NCBI GenBank assembly: GCA_963752285.1
Contig: CAVVXN010000005.1
Coordinates: 2,112,001-2,176,000 of the forward strand
Length of the DNA stretch: 64,000 bases
Reading direction: 5' to 3'
DNA from: an uncultured Planctomycetota bacterium
GTDB lineage: Bacteria; Planctomycetota; PLA2; JAEUHO01
Shown here: positions 40,621 to 50,692 of the stretch, in pieces
How positions within the stretch are numbered: position 1 is the stretch's first letter
Layout of the letters: each line of letters starts with the position of its first letter
The notes under the pieces: model-generated
The model's input: the letters and a program-made list of their open reading frames with translations, nothing else
Databases searched by the model: none
Told to the model about the DNA's origin: nothing
Made by a program: the position numbers and the translations under genes

Positions 40621-41405
40621 ACGCGTCCCCGCGTCCCGCCGGCGATCGGTTCGCCATCCTCTCGGGGCGCCTCGACGGCGCGAAGCGCACCATGGTCTAC
40701 GGCCCCGGTGGAGCCGGGAAGTCCACGCTGGCCTCCCTCACCCCCAGCCCGGTTGTCCTCGACGTCGAGGGCGGCACGAAGGGGATCGAGGTCGCCCGCG
40801 TCCTCGACGGCATCGAGACGTGGCAGGGCCTGCGGGAGTGCCTGCAGTCCGACGCGCTGGACGGCTACTCCACGATCGTGATCGACTCGGTCACGAAGGC
40901 CGAGGAGATGGCCGTCGCCCACACGCTCGCGACCGTCCCCAACGAGCGCGGCCAGAGGATGCGGAACCTCTCCGAGTACGGATTCGGGAAGGGGGACCGC
41001 CACCTCTACGACACCTTCCTCCACCTCCTCATGGACCTGGACCGGCACGTGCGCGCCGGACGCAACGTCGTGCTCGTGGCGCACGTGTGCACGACGCCCG
41101 TCCCCAACCCCATGTCGGACGACTGGCTCCAGTACCAGCCGCGCCTGCAGACAACGAAGAAGGGCGACAACTCGATCCGGGAGCGGACATTCGAGTGGTG
41201 CGACCACGTGCTCTTCCTGGGCTACGACGTCGCCGTCGCCGAGGGCGGCAAGGGTATCGGGGAAGGGACGCGCACGATCTGGACGTCGGAGCGCCCCACG
41301 CACCGCGCGAAGGTGCGCGGCGTGGAGCGTGAGATCGAGCCGCGCCCGTTCGAGGGCCCGCGCGACGGAGCGATCTGGCAGCTGCTCCTCGGAGGTGCCC
41401 GATGA
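40587..41405 (+). CDS. Phage AAA_24/Sak4-like ATPase (chimeric N-terminus)
   Basis: YGPGGAGKSTLA, LDVEGG, IVIDSVT, LVAH, EWCDHVLF. Confidence 0.8.
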   Translation: MAEMAAAETLTDASPRPAGDRFAILSGRLDGAKRTMVYGPGGAGKSTLASLTPSPVVLDVEGGTKGIEVARVLDGIETWQGLRECLQSDALDGYSTIVIDSVTKAEEMAVAHTLATVPNERGQRMRNLSEYGFGKGDRHLYDTFLHLLMDLDRHVRAGRNVVLVAHVCTTPVPNPMSDDWLQYQPRLQTTKKGDNSIRERTFEWCDHVLFLGYDVAVAEGGKGIGEGTRTIWTSERPTHRAKVRGVEREIEPRPFEGPRDGAIWQLLLGGAR

Positions 41406-42040
41406 GGCGCCTCGACCGCCCGGGGATCTTCAAGGCCCGGCCGCTCAGCTGGGCCGTTCGCACGGCGGAGAGCGGCGCCGTCTCGATCAGCGCCGAGTAC
41501 CTGGTCCTGGCGCAGCTCGACGGGACGGAGTGGATCGACTGGTCCGAGGCCGAGGAGCACACCGTCTTCGGCGACACCTACGTCGTGAAACGCGACGGCA
41601 CCGTGAACACGTCCGGCGTCGAGCAGCTCGTCGCCGCACTCGGGTGGAACGGGGACCTGCGCTCCGTCGTCGGGCGGCCGCCGCAGGTGGTCGTCCAGAT
41701 CAACGTGAAGGACGAGGAGTACCAGGGGAAGCGCCGCGTCCCCCCCACGGTCCGCGAGGGGCTCGAGGCCGTCCGGCTCTCGGGCCTAACCAACATGCTC
41801 GACCGGCCGGCGGTGGCACGGATCGCCGCCGAGATGGGCTACGACGCCTGCGCGCGCTGGGTCCACCGCAACCGCGATCTCTACGCGCGCGGCGTCTTCC
41901 ACGGGTTCGAGGCCGGCGACGACGGGGAGGGGATGCGAGGAACATCTACACGACGACGGCGCTTCACACGCGGAGTTCGCAGGCCCCGCAGTCACCTGGA
42001 CTCACGGGACTTTGGATGTGGTCCGGGGACGGGGGGTTGA
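41402..42040 (+). pseudogene. Phage ssDNA-binding-like protein truncated and fused to a DUF5049-like copy
   Basis: ...VKDEEYQGK then RVPPTVREGLEAVRLSGLTNMLD, near-identical to 51683-51901. Confidence 0.65.
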
Positions 42041-42120
42041 CGACCGCCTTGGATGGGGCTCTACTCCGGCTGTGGGGCGCCCAGGGGAAGGGCCTCAGGA
42101 GCCCCGCGCCGGAGAAGACG

Positions 42121-42456
42121 ATAATCACGCTACTGAGCTACTTCACCTACGCCCTGGCGAGCGGGCAGACCTTCGTGACCGAGTGGATGCGCATTCCTGA
42201 CGGTTACCAGAACTGGCAACTCGTCGTGGCCCAGTACGGGAAGATCTCAACCACGACTGTCACCTTTCAGTTGCAGACCTGCTGGGACACGGCGAGCCCA
42301 CAGGACATCGGTACGAGCATTCTCCTCGGCGGCCTGCTGGGACCGGACCCGCAGGACATCAGCTCGGGGATGGGCCCGATGGTCCGCGTGCGCCTCGTCG
42401 CGGGCGACGACTCGGTCGGGACCATCTCCGTCTACCTCACGCCGAAGAGCGAGTAG
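42121..42456 (+). CDS. Hypothetical cargo protein (ATA at apparent start)
   Basis: GGAG RBS 7 nt before ATA ATC ACG; beta-rich open frame to TAG, followed by the next gene's RBS. Confidence 0.5.
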   Translation: MITLLSYFTYALASGQTFVTEWMRIPDGYQNWQLVVAQYGKISTTTVTFQLQTCWDTASPQDIGTSILLGGLLGPDPQDISSGMGPMVRVRLVAGDDSVGTISVYLTPKSE

Positions 42457-42466
42457 GAGGGGGGCC

Positions 42467-43483
42467 ATGCCGGGCAAGTTCAAGCCGGGGGACGCAGTCC
42501 CGCCGGGAATCAGGAGCCTTCTCGACGCCGCGAAGGCTTTGCGCCCCGGAGTGGAACACCCGACGCTGCCGCCGGGAGTCGCAGCGCGACCGTTGGGCGC
42601 TGGGCCGACTGGCGAGGCGTTTCGCGGTCTTGCCCCCGGTCTAGCGGGCGCAGGGGCTGCGCGCGTGGGGCGGAAGTGTTGCCAAGACTCGGCTGCCCGG
42701 GTTGCGCAGCAGCTGGGCCTCTCGGCCTCCCAACTCCCTCGCGTGGTTCCTCCGGCGCCAGGGGAAACCCTGACCGAGCCCCGTCCAGACGTTCTGATTC
42801 CGGGGATTCCCGACTTTCTGATTCCGGGGATTCCCGGTGATGGAAATGGTGGCGGTGGTGGGTGCTCCGGCAGCCATTGCGAGTTGGTCGTCTTTACCTC
42901 GGACGAGCAGCTGGAGGCGATGGATGAGATTGGCACGCATCTGATGTCGGTCAGGGACCGGGCGTTCGAGGCGCGACAGCAGAACCCTCGTACTGCGCTG
43001 GCCATCCCGGATCCGCACTTGGGAGGCCCTCGGCGCTCGACTGCGCCGTTCTCTGGCGGGCCGATCCCGGGCACGACAGTCCAGGTTGCATCAGCCTTCA
43101 TGGCCGTATTGTTCTACGATTGCGAGTGCGTGCAGGTGGCCGAGATCCTCTGGGACATTGAGGATGAAATCGCACCGGACGGAACCATTCACTGGCGACC
43201 TGACGCGCAGGAGGAGGTCGCGAAGATCACGATCGGGAATCGCCTGAATGACGAGGCAGACAAATTCAACGGCTCTTGCTGGAAGGCCGTCGTTGACACG
43301 CCTGCCCACCATCAGCGGATGTGGGCCGGGCAGCGTCCTAGGCCCGACCCAAAGCCGAGGGACGGCCTGTGGCGCATCACCGGGCATGTTCGTTGGGCGA
43401 ATGGCTCGGAGTGCGTAAAGAAGGAATACGTGCGCGTCGCGCAGGGTGTCCCGCGACGCGTGGTCATGGTGGGGGCCCGTTAG
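42467..43483 (+). CDS. Hypothetical cargo protein
   Basis: 338-aa ORF with GGAGG RBS and lower GC3. Confidence 0.65.
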   Translation: MPGKFKPGDAVPPGIRSLLDAAKALRPGVEHPTLPPGVAARPLGAGPTGEAFRGLAPGLAGAGAARVGRKCCQDSAARVAQQLGLSASQLPRVVPPAPGETLTEPRPDVLIPGIPDFLIPGIPGDGNGGGGGCSGSHCELVVFTSDEQLEAMDEIGTHLMSVRDRAFEARQQNPRTALAIPDPHLGGPRRSTAPFSGGPIPGTTVQVASAFMAVLFYDCECVQVAEILWDIEDEIAPDGTIHWRPDAQEEVAKITIGNRLNDEADKFNGSCWKAVVDTPAHHQRMWAGQRPRPDPKPRDGLWRITGHVRWANGSECVKKEYVRVAQGVPRRVVMVGAR

Positions 43484-43511
43484 CGTGGGTCTGCCTCGTA
43501 AGAGAGTTCTG

Positions 43512-44024
43512 ATGGCGTCCCCAGCGGGAAGTTTCGGCCTCCGCGCCGGGACTCGGGCGCTGCGCGTGGGTTTGCTGCTACCTACTCTGCTTGCCGCCGT
43601 CTCGGGCTGCTCATCTCAGGCTCTTAGTGAACGAGGTACAATTTGCAGCCTTTGTGTCCGGGACGACGGATCTGTGAGGCTGCTGGAGCGCGACAGGGCG
43701 GCGAGGGCGCGAAGGTCAGCTCGCGTCGCGGCCGTTACACAGGATCCCTGCATACGCCGGATGCTGGAGAGTGGAATTATCGAGGTCGGCATGCGCGTCG
43801 AGGAGATACGTGCCTCTTGGGGAGCCGACGCCACGGACCCGATAGACGAGGACGGGCCTAGCTGCCACGTGATTGACTACGTGACTACCGGCATGAAGCC
43901 AGAGTCCTGGACGGTCCTCTTCCGGGGCGTGGAGTTGAGCTATGCCTGCATGGCGGCGTGCCAGCGCTGGGAGGATGGGCGTTTGGTGGGAATCTCGTGC
44001 AGGGGAACCAGTCGCACTGAGTAA
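43512..44024 (+). CDS. Hypothetical cargo lipoprotein
   Basis: LLAAVSGC lipobox; GMRVEEIRASWG SmpA-like motif. Confidence 0.55.
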   Translation: MASPAGSFGLRAGTRALRVGLLLPTLLAAVSGCSSQALSERGTICSLCVRDDGSVRLLERDRAARARRSARVAAVTQDPCIRRMLESGIIEVGMRVEEIRASWGADATDPIDEDGPSCHVIDYVTTGMKPESWTVLFRGVELSYACMAACQRWEDGRLVGISCRGTSRTE

Positions 44025-44169
44025 GTTGGTCGAGCTCGACCTCCCCCCATCGACGTAGCCGTCAGATAGTCGGTCGAGATCTTGTAGCCGAGAATGCCAG
44101 CGGAACTCGGGGACGATCTATGGTAGGATGCGCGCGCGCCGATCCCAGCCGGCGCGAGCCGAGGCACCG

Positions 44170-44652
44170 ATGCCTTCGAAGCCGCGCACGCTCGCTGGGA
44201 TCCTACGCAGCCGCCGCCACGCGGACCGGGAGTACAACCGGGCGCGTCGCGACCCCGTCGTGGCCCGGATCCACGGGTCCGCCCGCTGGCAGGCCGTACG
44301 GGCCCAGGTGCTCCGCGACGAGCCCGTCTGCAGGGAGTGCGCACGCCTTGGGCTGACCGAGCCCGCTACCCAGGTGGACCACGTCGTCCCCCTGGCCGTG
44401 GCCCCCCAGCTCGCGTTCGATCGGGCCAACCTCGCCCCGACCTGCACCGCCTGCCACGCCCGCAAGAGCCAGGCCGAGCGAGTGAGGCTGAAGGGAGGGG
44501 TAGGGGGGAGTAAGGGCTCTCAGGCCGAGGGCGCCACGAGCGGGGCGCGGGGCATGCGTCGATTTTCACGGGATAGCCAAAACGTCTCCGGCGGCCGGGA
44601 GAGCCCTGGAAATGGACCTCCGCGGGGGTCCCCTCCCGGGAGCCGGCCGTGA
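44170..44652 (+). CDS. Phage-type HNH endonuclease, copy 1
   Basis: CREC...VDHVVP...NLAPTCTACHARK. Confidence 0.9.
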   Translation: MPSKPRTLAGILRSRRHADREYNRARRDPVVARIHGSARWQAVRAQVLRDEPVCRECARLGLTEPATQVDHVVPLAVAPQLAFDRANLAPTCTACHARKSQAERVRLKGGVGGSKGSQAEGATSGARGMRRFSRDSQNVSGGRESPGNGPPRGSPPGSRP

Positions 44653-44909
44653 TGCGCGTGGGACTGAAGTCCGCGAAGGGCGCCCTGTACGCCCTGGTCC
44701 GCGCCGTCGAGCAGGACGGCGAGCGGATCGTCCTGACCCGCCGCGGGCGCCCCGTCGCCGCCCTGCTCCCCGTGGGGGCGATCGAGGCGCTCGACCTCCT
44801 CGGGCGCCTGCTCCCCGACGTGGCCGACGTGGCGGCCGGGCTCGGCGACCCGGACCCCGAGGCCCCGGGCCTGGGCCCCGCCCCGGGCCCCGCGGAGGCG
44901 GCGCCGTGA
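44649..44909 (+). CDS. Phd/YefM-family antitoxin-like protein
   Basis: LVRAVE.DGERIVLTRRGRPVAALLP. Confidence 0.85.
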   Translation: MMRVGLKSAKGALYALVRAVEQDGERIVLTRRGRPVAALLPVGAIEALDLLGRLLPDVADVAAGLGDPDPEAPGLGPAPGPAEAAP

Positions 44910-45169
44910 CCGCCCCCGCCCCCCGCGCCGTCGCCGTCCGGCGCCTGCGGGCGACGCTCCGGGCCGTGGTCCGGGCCGTCGAGGAGGGCGGCGAGCCGGT
45001 GGTCCTCACCCGTCACGGCCGCCCGGTCGCCGCTCTCGTCCCCGTGGAGACGCTGGATCTGCTCTCTCCGGACGCCCCGACTGCTCTGCGCTCTCCGCTC
45101 TCGGCCGCTCTCGGCTCGCCTCCCGCCGACCAGAGCCCGGCCGCCACCCCGTCCCCGGAGGCCCCCTGA
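44906..45169 (+). CDS. Second Phd/YefM-family antitoxin-like protein
   Basis: LRATLRAVVRAVEEGGEPVVLTRHGRPVAALVP; GTGA and TGATG coupling to neighbours. Confidence 0.85.
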   Translation: MTAPAPRAVAVRRLRATLRAVVRAVEEGGEPVVLTRHGRPVAALVPVETLDLLSPDAPTALRSPLSAALGSPPADQSPAATPSPEAP

Positions 45170-46370
45170 TGGTCGCCCCCTCCTCGAATCTCGGCCGGGT
45201 CCGCCTGGAGACCCGCCGCGTCGCCGACCTCGTGCCGGCGGCCTACAACCCGAGAATCATCTCGACCGAGGCTCTCGCCGGCCTCGGGGAGTCGATCGGC
45301 CGCTACGGGCTCGTGCAGCCGATCATCGTGAACGTCCGCAGCGGCAACGTAGTCGGCGGCCACCAGCGGCTGAAGGTGCTGGAGGCGAAGGGGGTCGAGA
45401 GCACCGACGTCGTCGTGATCGACGTCGAGGAGGCCGAGGAGAAGGCGCTCAACCTCGCGCTGAACTCGCCTCGGATCTCGGGCGAGTGGACGGCCGACGC
45501 GCTGGGCCTCCTCGAGGAGGTCGTGGGCGCGCTTCCCGACCTCGGCGACGCGCTGCTCCTCTCCGGCCTCCGGGGCGACCTGGAGAAGCTCTTCCCGCAG
45601 GAGGCCGGCGACATCGTCGAGGATCCGGTCCCCGATCCCCCGGACGACCCGATCACGAAACCGGGCGACCTGATCGTGCTCGGGAGCCACCGGCTCCTCT
45701 GCGGGGACTCGGGGAGCGAGGAGGACCTCGATCGGCTGCTCGCCGGCGCGCCGGTCCATCTGCTGAACACCGACCCTCCGTACAACGTGAAGGTCGAACC
45801 GCGGTCCAACAACGCGATCCGCGCTGGGCTCTCCTCGTTCCAGGCACCCGAGAAGCGCCACCACCAGGCGCTCGATCTCGCGCGACACCCCGAGAAGGCA
45901 AAGCCCACGCACCGGAAGATGCGCGCGAAGGACCGGCCGCTGGAGAACGACTTCCTCTCCGACGAGGAGTTCGAGCAGCGCCTGCGGGCGTGGTTCGGAA
46001 ACGCCTCGCGCGTGATGCTGCCCGGGCGCGCGGCCTACATCTGGGGCGGCTACGCGAACGTGGCGAACTACCCGCCGGCCTTGAAGGAGGCCGGCTTCTA
46101 CTTCTCCCAGACGATCATCTGGGACAAGCAGCACCCCGTGCTCACGCGCAAGGACTTCATGGGTGCGCACGAGTGGTGCTTCTACTCGTGGAAGATCGGC
46201 GCCGCGCACGCGTTCTACGGGCCGCCGAACGTGCCGGACCTGTGGAGCCTGAAGAAGATCTCGCCCCAGAAGATGGTCCATCTCACGGAGAAGCCCGTCG
46301 AGCTCGCCGCCCGCGCGCTCCAGTACTCCTCGAAGAAGGGCGAGAACGTGCTCGACCTCTTCGGCGGCTC
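45169..46370 (+). pseudogene. ParB-N / N4-N6 DNA methyltransferase, truncated copy
   Basis: YNPR..GGHQR, TDPPYN, breaks at DLFGGS relative to the intact copy at 55029. Confidence 0.85.
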
Positions 46371-46479
46371 TCGGGGACCTCGATCGACTTGAAGGCGCGG
46401 TAGACCCGCGAGCGCGAGAGCAGTTCGGGGCGCTTGGCCACCATGTGCATGGCGTGGCGGAAGATCAGGGCGGCCTGGC
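46369..46479 (-). pseudogene. Inverted terminase large subunit fragment
   Basis: Reverse complement encodes QAALIFRHAMHMVAKRPELLSRSRVYRAFKSIEVPE, matching 57633-57742. Confidence 0.85.
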
Positions 46480-46821
46480 ACCACCTCGAAGAGGTCCCGA
46501 TCGGCACGCTCGGGGACGCCTACCTCCACGAGCACGGGCCCCTTTGCCCTCGGGGCCCGGGCGGCCTCGAGCTGGCGGACCCAGCGCCCCAGCGTGACCG
46601 TCGCGATGCCGACCTCCCGGCAGAACGCCACGCGGCTCTGGCCAGACTCCCGCCAACGCGTCACGACCTCGCCGATCGCCGTGAGCCGCGCCTCCCCTCG
46701 TAGCGCCCGCATCCGTTGGCCCAGGCTCCCCGGCTCGTTCGCTCGATCCGCCATGTCGACCTCCGGCCGACATCATGCCCGCGCCGGGAGTCCGCGGAAC
46801 CTGGGATGACGGGACGCATAC
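46480..46821 (-). mobile_element. IS66-family remnant (left end + truncated TnpA)
   Basis: WRESGQSRVAFCREVGI...W HTH ORF from 46754; end GTATGCGTCC at 46821 abuts the interrupted HNH. Confidence 0.7.
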
Positions 46822-46974
46822 CTCGTCGCGGAGGACCTGGGCCCGGACAGCCTGCCACCGTGCGGAACCGTGGATGCGCGCAATGACCGGGTCGCGGCGG
46901 GCGCGGTTGTACTCCCGGTCCGCGTGGCGGCGGCTACGGAGGATCCCAGCGAGCGTCTTCGGCTTCGACGGCAT
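46822..46974 (-). pseudogene. HNH endonuclease copy 3, interrupted
   Basis: MPSKPKTLAGILRSRRHADREYN...VLRDE, near-identical to copies 1 and 2. Confidence 0.9.
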
Positions 46975-47165
46975 GGAGGCCTCGGGGCGAGCCCGCTGGG
47001 ATGAGCGCGACGGGAATCTACCACGCAGGAAGATCATAGGCGCGGTCGAAAGCCAGGCAGTCTGGCCCGTGCCCAGACGAATCGCATGCGACTTCTGCAG
47101 GGGCAGAGCGCCGGCGGAGGCGGGCAGATTCAGCAGATGCAGGCCACACGTTTTCCACCCGAGAG

Positions 47166-49127
47166 CTACTCAGGTATCTCGATGTCGTAGTCACCTTCTC
47201 CGGCAGCCAAGACAAGGAGTCCCACAGCACGGACTCCTCCGTTCGTTGCGGGCCCGCCCAGCACCCTCGGCCCCAAGTTCACATCCTCGTGATAATAGAC
47301 AGCGTATGTCCCCGGCGCGATGGGACCTACGGTCGTCCTCTGCCCCCACATCAAGGGCACAATCAGGCCATTCCTGTCTTCTTGCGTTGGCAGCCGGAGT
47401 TCGGCATGCCCGATGAGTGCAGTAACGTCTCCCCTTCGCAGTGCGATCCGCGCGACCGCCCATGTTCCCGGCGCGTTGTGCAGGAGGACGTCACGTGAGC
47501 CCACTTGCACGCGCGCGACGTCGAGCGTACGACGCATTTCGTACGGGGTGAAGGTGTAAGGGAACGTCGCAGCGCAGCCTAGATCAGACCCGGGCGGAAG
47601 GGGTATCGTTAGAGCCCAACGCCCATCGGGGTGAACCTCTGTCACCCAGAACTGGCCTGGCATGGCCAGGACGATCTCAGAGCGTTTCTCCTGGAAGTCA
47701 CGCCATGGTCGAGCTTGGATAACCACGCGCTGGCCCGCAACCGACGTGGGTCCCTCGAGTCTACCGGACAGCACACCGGCGGAGTCCACGCGCAACTCCT
47801 GTACCTCGATGTCCCCGGGCACTTTGAACCCCGAACCCCACGCATTGCGGTACGGGTCGGTGCTGACCTCGTAAACGCCGGGCCGTAGAGCGGAGGTCAG
47901 AAGCTCACCGTTTAGGTTGGTAGTCCAAGAGTCGGCGTGCGCAGTGGACGCACTCCCGCTGGGGTGGAACTCGGTAATGCCAGTATTGACATCCTCAGCA
48001 GGCTCTCCGGTCGCAAGTCGGCGGTAGCCTATGCCCAGATTCGGAAGTGCGGTCCCGTCCCGACCCACGAACCTGAGCCGGACGCGGTGACGCACGCCGA
48101 TGACAAGCCGGAGATCCGAGTCTGACCCGGCCTCCGCGAGGCTCTGCCACTCAAAAACTATCGGCCCTAGGTTCGGTTCCTTCACGATGGCGGTCACCGG
48201 CCCGTGCCGGTCGATCCGTAGCATCACCGGATCCCCATCGACCACCGTCGATCCCTCTGCGCTGCCAACCGCTTGGGTGATCACCGTAACCCCCACCCGC
48301 TTCCCGGAAAGCTCTGGGTTGTCACCCGAATCCACATAGACGGGGACCATGTCCACTGGCGAGTCGCGTGGCAGCACCAAACGTATCGTCTTCTCCTGCC
48401 CAGGCTGCACGGTCAACTGCTGCGGGACGGCGCTGAGCCGTCCCTCGGCGCCCGCCTGAACGTGAACGAACCCGACTACACCTGAGATACGTACCCGCCC
48501 CAAGCCGTCCGTCAGGTAAGGCCCCGTTCCCCATGCACTGACCGGACTCGTCCGGCACGGCACTCCAGCGAGAGGGTTCCCAGCGTCGTCCACAACCTCG
48601 ATGAGAACGCTCCCAGTTTCGAAGGCGATGACTCGGAGACGACGCTCGGCAGAGTCCGGCTCACTAGCGATGGTGACCTTGTTGAGTACGTGCGGTCCGG
48701 ACAAGAAGCCGGCCGGTTCGTCCACATAGGAAAGGCCCCAGGTAGCCGGCCCTTCGGCGGGCACATGGAGCCTATAGAGGGAGCCACGGGCCTCCGCCTG
48801 CACGGGTGTTGCTCCCACGCCGTCGAGCCTCAGCGCGGACAGCTGTCCTCCTGACACTGCGTTGCCCCGCCGATCCACGACCTCCACGGCAACCAGGATC
48901 GCTCGCTCGTCGGGCGACGCGTGTTCAGCTTGTTCCGCGGGTCTAGCATCCCCCCGCCCTTCAAGGCCGGGGTTGTCCACCTTCGTATCGACAGGCACAG
49001 GCTGTTGCGCCACGCTCCAACGCTTCTGTTCGTTGCGACAGAACAGCATGAGGCCGAGGACCAAGAAGATTCCGAGTATGGCAACTACGGTCAACCTGCG
49101 AGCCCTGGTAGCAAGGCCTCTAAACAT
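47166..49127 (-). CDS. Membrane-anchored protein with carboxypeptidase-regulatory-like beta repeats (cargo)
   Basis: TM helix; VVDRRGNAVSG, VVDDAGNPLAG, TDGLGRV, LRPGVYEV repeats. Confidence 0.7.
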   Translation of the reverse strand: MFRGLATRARRLTVVAILGIFLVLGLMLFCRNEQKRWSVAQQPVPVDTKVDNPGLEGRGDARPAEQAEHASPDERAILVAVEVVDRRGNAVSGGQLSALRLDGVGATPVQAEARGSLYRLHVPAEGPATWGLSYVDEPAGFLSGPHVLNKVTIASEPDSAERRLRVIAFETGSVLIEVVDDAGNPLAGVPCRTSPVSAWGTGPYLTDGLGRVRISGVVGFVHVQAGAEGRLSAVPQQLTVQPGQEKTIRLVLPRDSPVDMVPVYVDSGDNPELSGKRVGVTVITQAVGSAEGSTVVDGDPVMLRIDRHGPVTAIVKEPNLGPIVFEWQSLAEAGSDSDLRLVIGVRHRVRLRFVGRDGTALPNLGIGYRRLATGEPAEDVNTGITEFHPSGSASTAHADSWTTNLNGELLTSALRPGVYEVSTDPYRNAWGSGFKVPGDIEVQELRVDSAGVLSGRLEGPTSVAGQRVVIQARPWRDFQEKRSEIVLAMPGQFWVTEVHPDGRWALTIPLPPGSDLGCAATFPYTFTPYEMRRTLDVARVQVGSRDVLLHNAPGTWAVARIALRRGDVTALIGHAELRLPTQEDRNGLIVPLMWGQRTTVGPIAPGTYAVYYHEDVNLGPRVLGGPATNGGVRAVGLLVLAAGEGDYDIEIPE

Positions 49128-49230
49128 CACACTCGTCTCCGAGATGGAAGCGTGGCTGCACACGCTGCCCCGTGGGGACCTGCGCGTGCGGCCACGCAGT
49201 GCAGCCGTAGATGCAAGGCGGCTCGCCTAG

Positions 49231-49977
49231 TCAGGGGGTGTAGCCAATGTTGACGTCGATCCTGGTCGTCTGGCTGAAGGAAGCGTGGACCGAGTGCAAG
49301 GGAATGCAGCTCGGGGGATCCGGATCCGGGGGGTTTGATCCCGTCCAGCTACCGTACGTGGAGTTGCCAGCTTCGGAGATAACGTACGGGGCGCTGGTGA
49401 AGGTGTACGGACCATCGGTACCCGTATAGGGCGTGCTGTTGATCTGGTCGGAGGTGTGCGGGGTCGGTGGCTGCGACCAGATGCTCGAGGTTCTGCTGTC
49501 GAGCGTCCCAGTAGGGGGAGTCGTAGAGGGTGGCGAGCCGACTTGCCCGCGGACGTAGAAGTACTGCAGATTGAGCGCGTAGCTGCCGCTGAACTGGCCG
49601 CCGCATGCGGTGGTGCAGCTCGCGGAGCCAGAAGGCGTCCACACCACAGCACCCCCGATCGTGTAGGTACCGGGCGGGTCCCCGCTCGGAGTCATGCTGA
49701 CCCGCTGGCTGTTGGGCCGTACGTCCCCGGCACCGCAGCTCTCCGGGCCGTGCTGGTCATTGCCGCTTTGGACGAGATTCCAGGTGGTCTGGTTCCAGAC
49801 GGTGTTGCCGTTCTGGCCGTAGGTGCGATTGGGCCCGGTGATGGACTGCCAGATGTCGCCAGACATCACGAAGCCGGTATTGGAAGTCGCGGTGAAACTC
49901 GCCGTGTACGCCAGCGCGCCGGCACCTCCCAACAGCCCCATCGCCAGCAGACACACGCTCATTTGCCAGAATCTCAT
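49231..49977 (-). CDS. Secreted Thr/Ser/Gly-rich hypothetical protein (cargo)
   Basis: GGAGG RBS; signal peptide MRFWQMSVCLLAMGLLGGAGALA. Confidence 0.75.
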   Translation of the reverse strand: MRFWQMSVCLLAMGLLGGAGALAYTASFTATSNTGFVMSGDIWQSITGPNRTYGQNGNTVWNQTTWNLVQSGNDQHGPESCGAGDVRPNSQRVSMTPSGDPPGTYTIGGAVVWTPSGSASCTTACGGQFSGSYALNLQYFYVRGQVGSPPSTTPPTGTLDSRTSSIWSQPPTPHTSDQINSTPYTGTDGPYTFTSAPYVISEAGNSTYGSWTGSNPPDPDPPSCIPLHSVHASFSQTTRIDVNIGYTP

Positions 49978-50149
49978 GTTTCCTCCTTGCTCGTTCCTTC
50001 TCCGGCCGTCGGGCCTCCCCCACACGGGCAGGCCTCATCCAGCCGCCACGGCAGGGTTGCCCCCCCCCCCAGTCACAGTTCTGTCACGGCCGGGGTGGGC
50101 ATGAACCGCTTCTGAACATGTCCCGCCGAGGCCCCTTGGCCGGGCAGAG

Positions 50150-50281
50150 CTACTGCACCTCCCCCTCGAACAGCACCCGCCCGTCCCGGTCGTGGAGCGT
50201 CACCCGCACGACCTCGCCCTCCGGGAGCCGCCCGTCGATCCGGATCTGCCGGGCGACCTGCCAGTCATGCACGCTGTTCAA
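50150..50281 (-). CDS. Small hypothetical protein (43 aa)
   Basis: TTG after GAGGGAAGGA; ...RIDGRLPEGEVVRVTLHDRDGRVLFEGEVQ with high GC3. Confidence 0.4.
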   Translation of the reverse strand: MNSVHDWQVARQIRIDGRLPEGEVVRVTLHDRDGRVLFEGEVQ

Positions 50282-50372
50282 CGTCCTTCCCTCAGCGCCT
50301 CGCGTCCCGTTCGATCTTCACCGCCACCTGATCGCTGTCTGCGCGCGACTCGATCCGCGTCACACCGAAGAG

Positions 50373-50549
50373 ATGAACAGTAGCAGTCTCCCTCTCAACA
50401 CGTACGTCCGGGCCGAGGCCTGCGGACTGCTCTGGCCCCGGTGCCCGACCTGCGCCCGGGACGACCGGCCGGCGGGGAGCGCCGCCGGGTGCCGATGCTG
50501 CCGGGAGTTCGTGGAGGTCCACGGCCCCCGGGAGAGCGGGTGGATCTGA
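50373..50549 (+). CDS. Small Cys-rich hypothetical protein
   Basis: CPTC...CRCC in a 58-aa ORF. Confidence 0.4.
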   Translation: MNSSSLPLNTYVRAEACGLLWPRCPTCARDDRPAGSAAGCRCCREFVEVHGPRESGWI

Positions 50550-50692
50550 TGCGCCCCTTCCAACCCCCTAGCGGCCCACGGACAGCCATTTTCAGGCCTC
50601 GGGGGCGGTCGAATCCTCTTGAGGTGCCCCCCGACCAGAGCCCTTATGCGACTCGACCGGCGGGGAGCGCCCCCGCCGCAAGGAGACTGACA

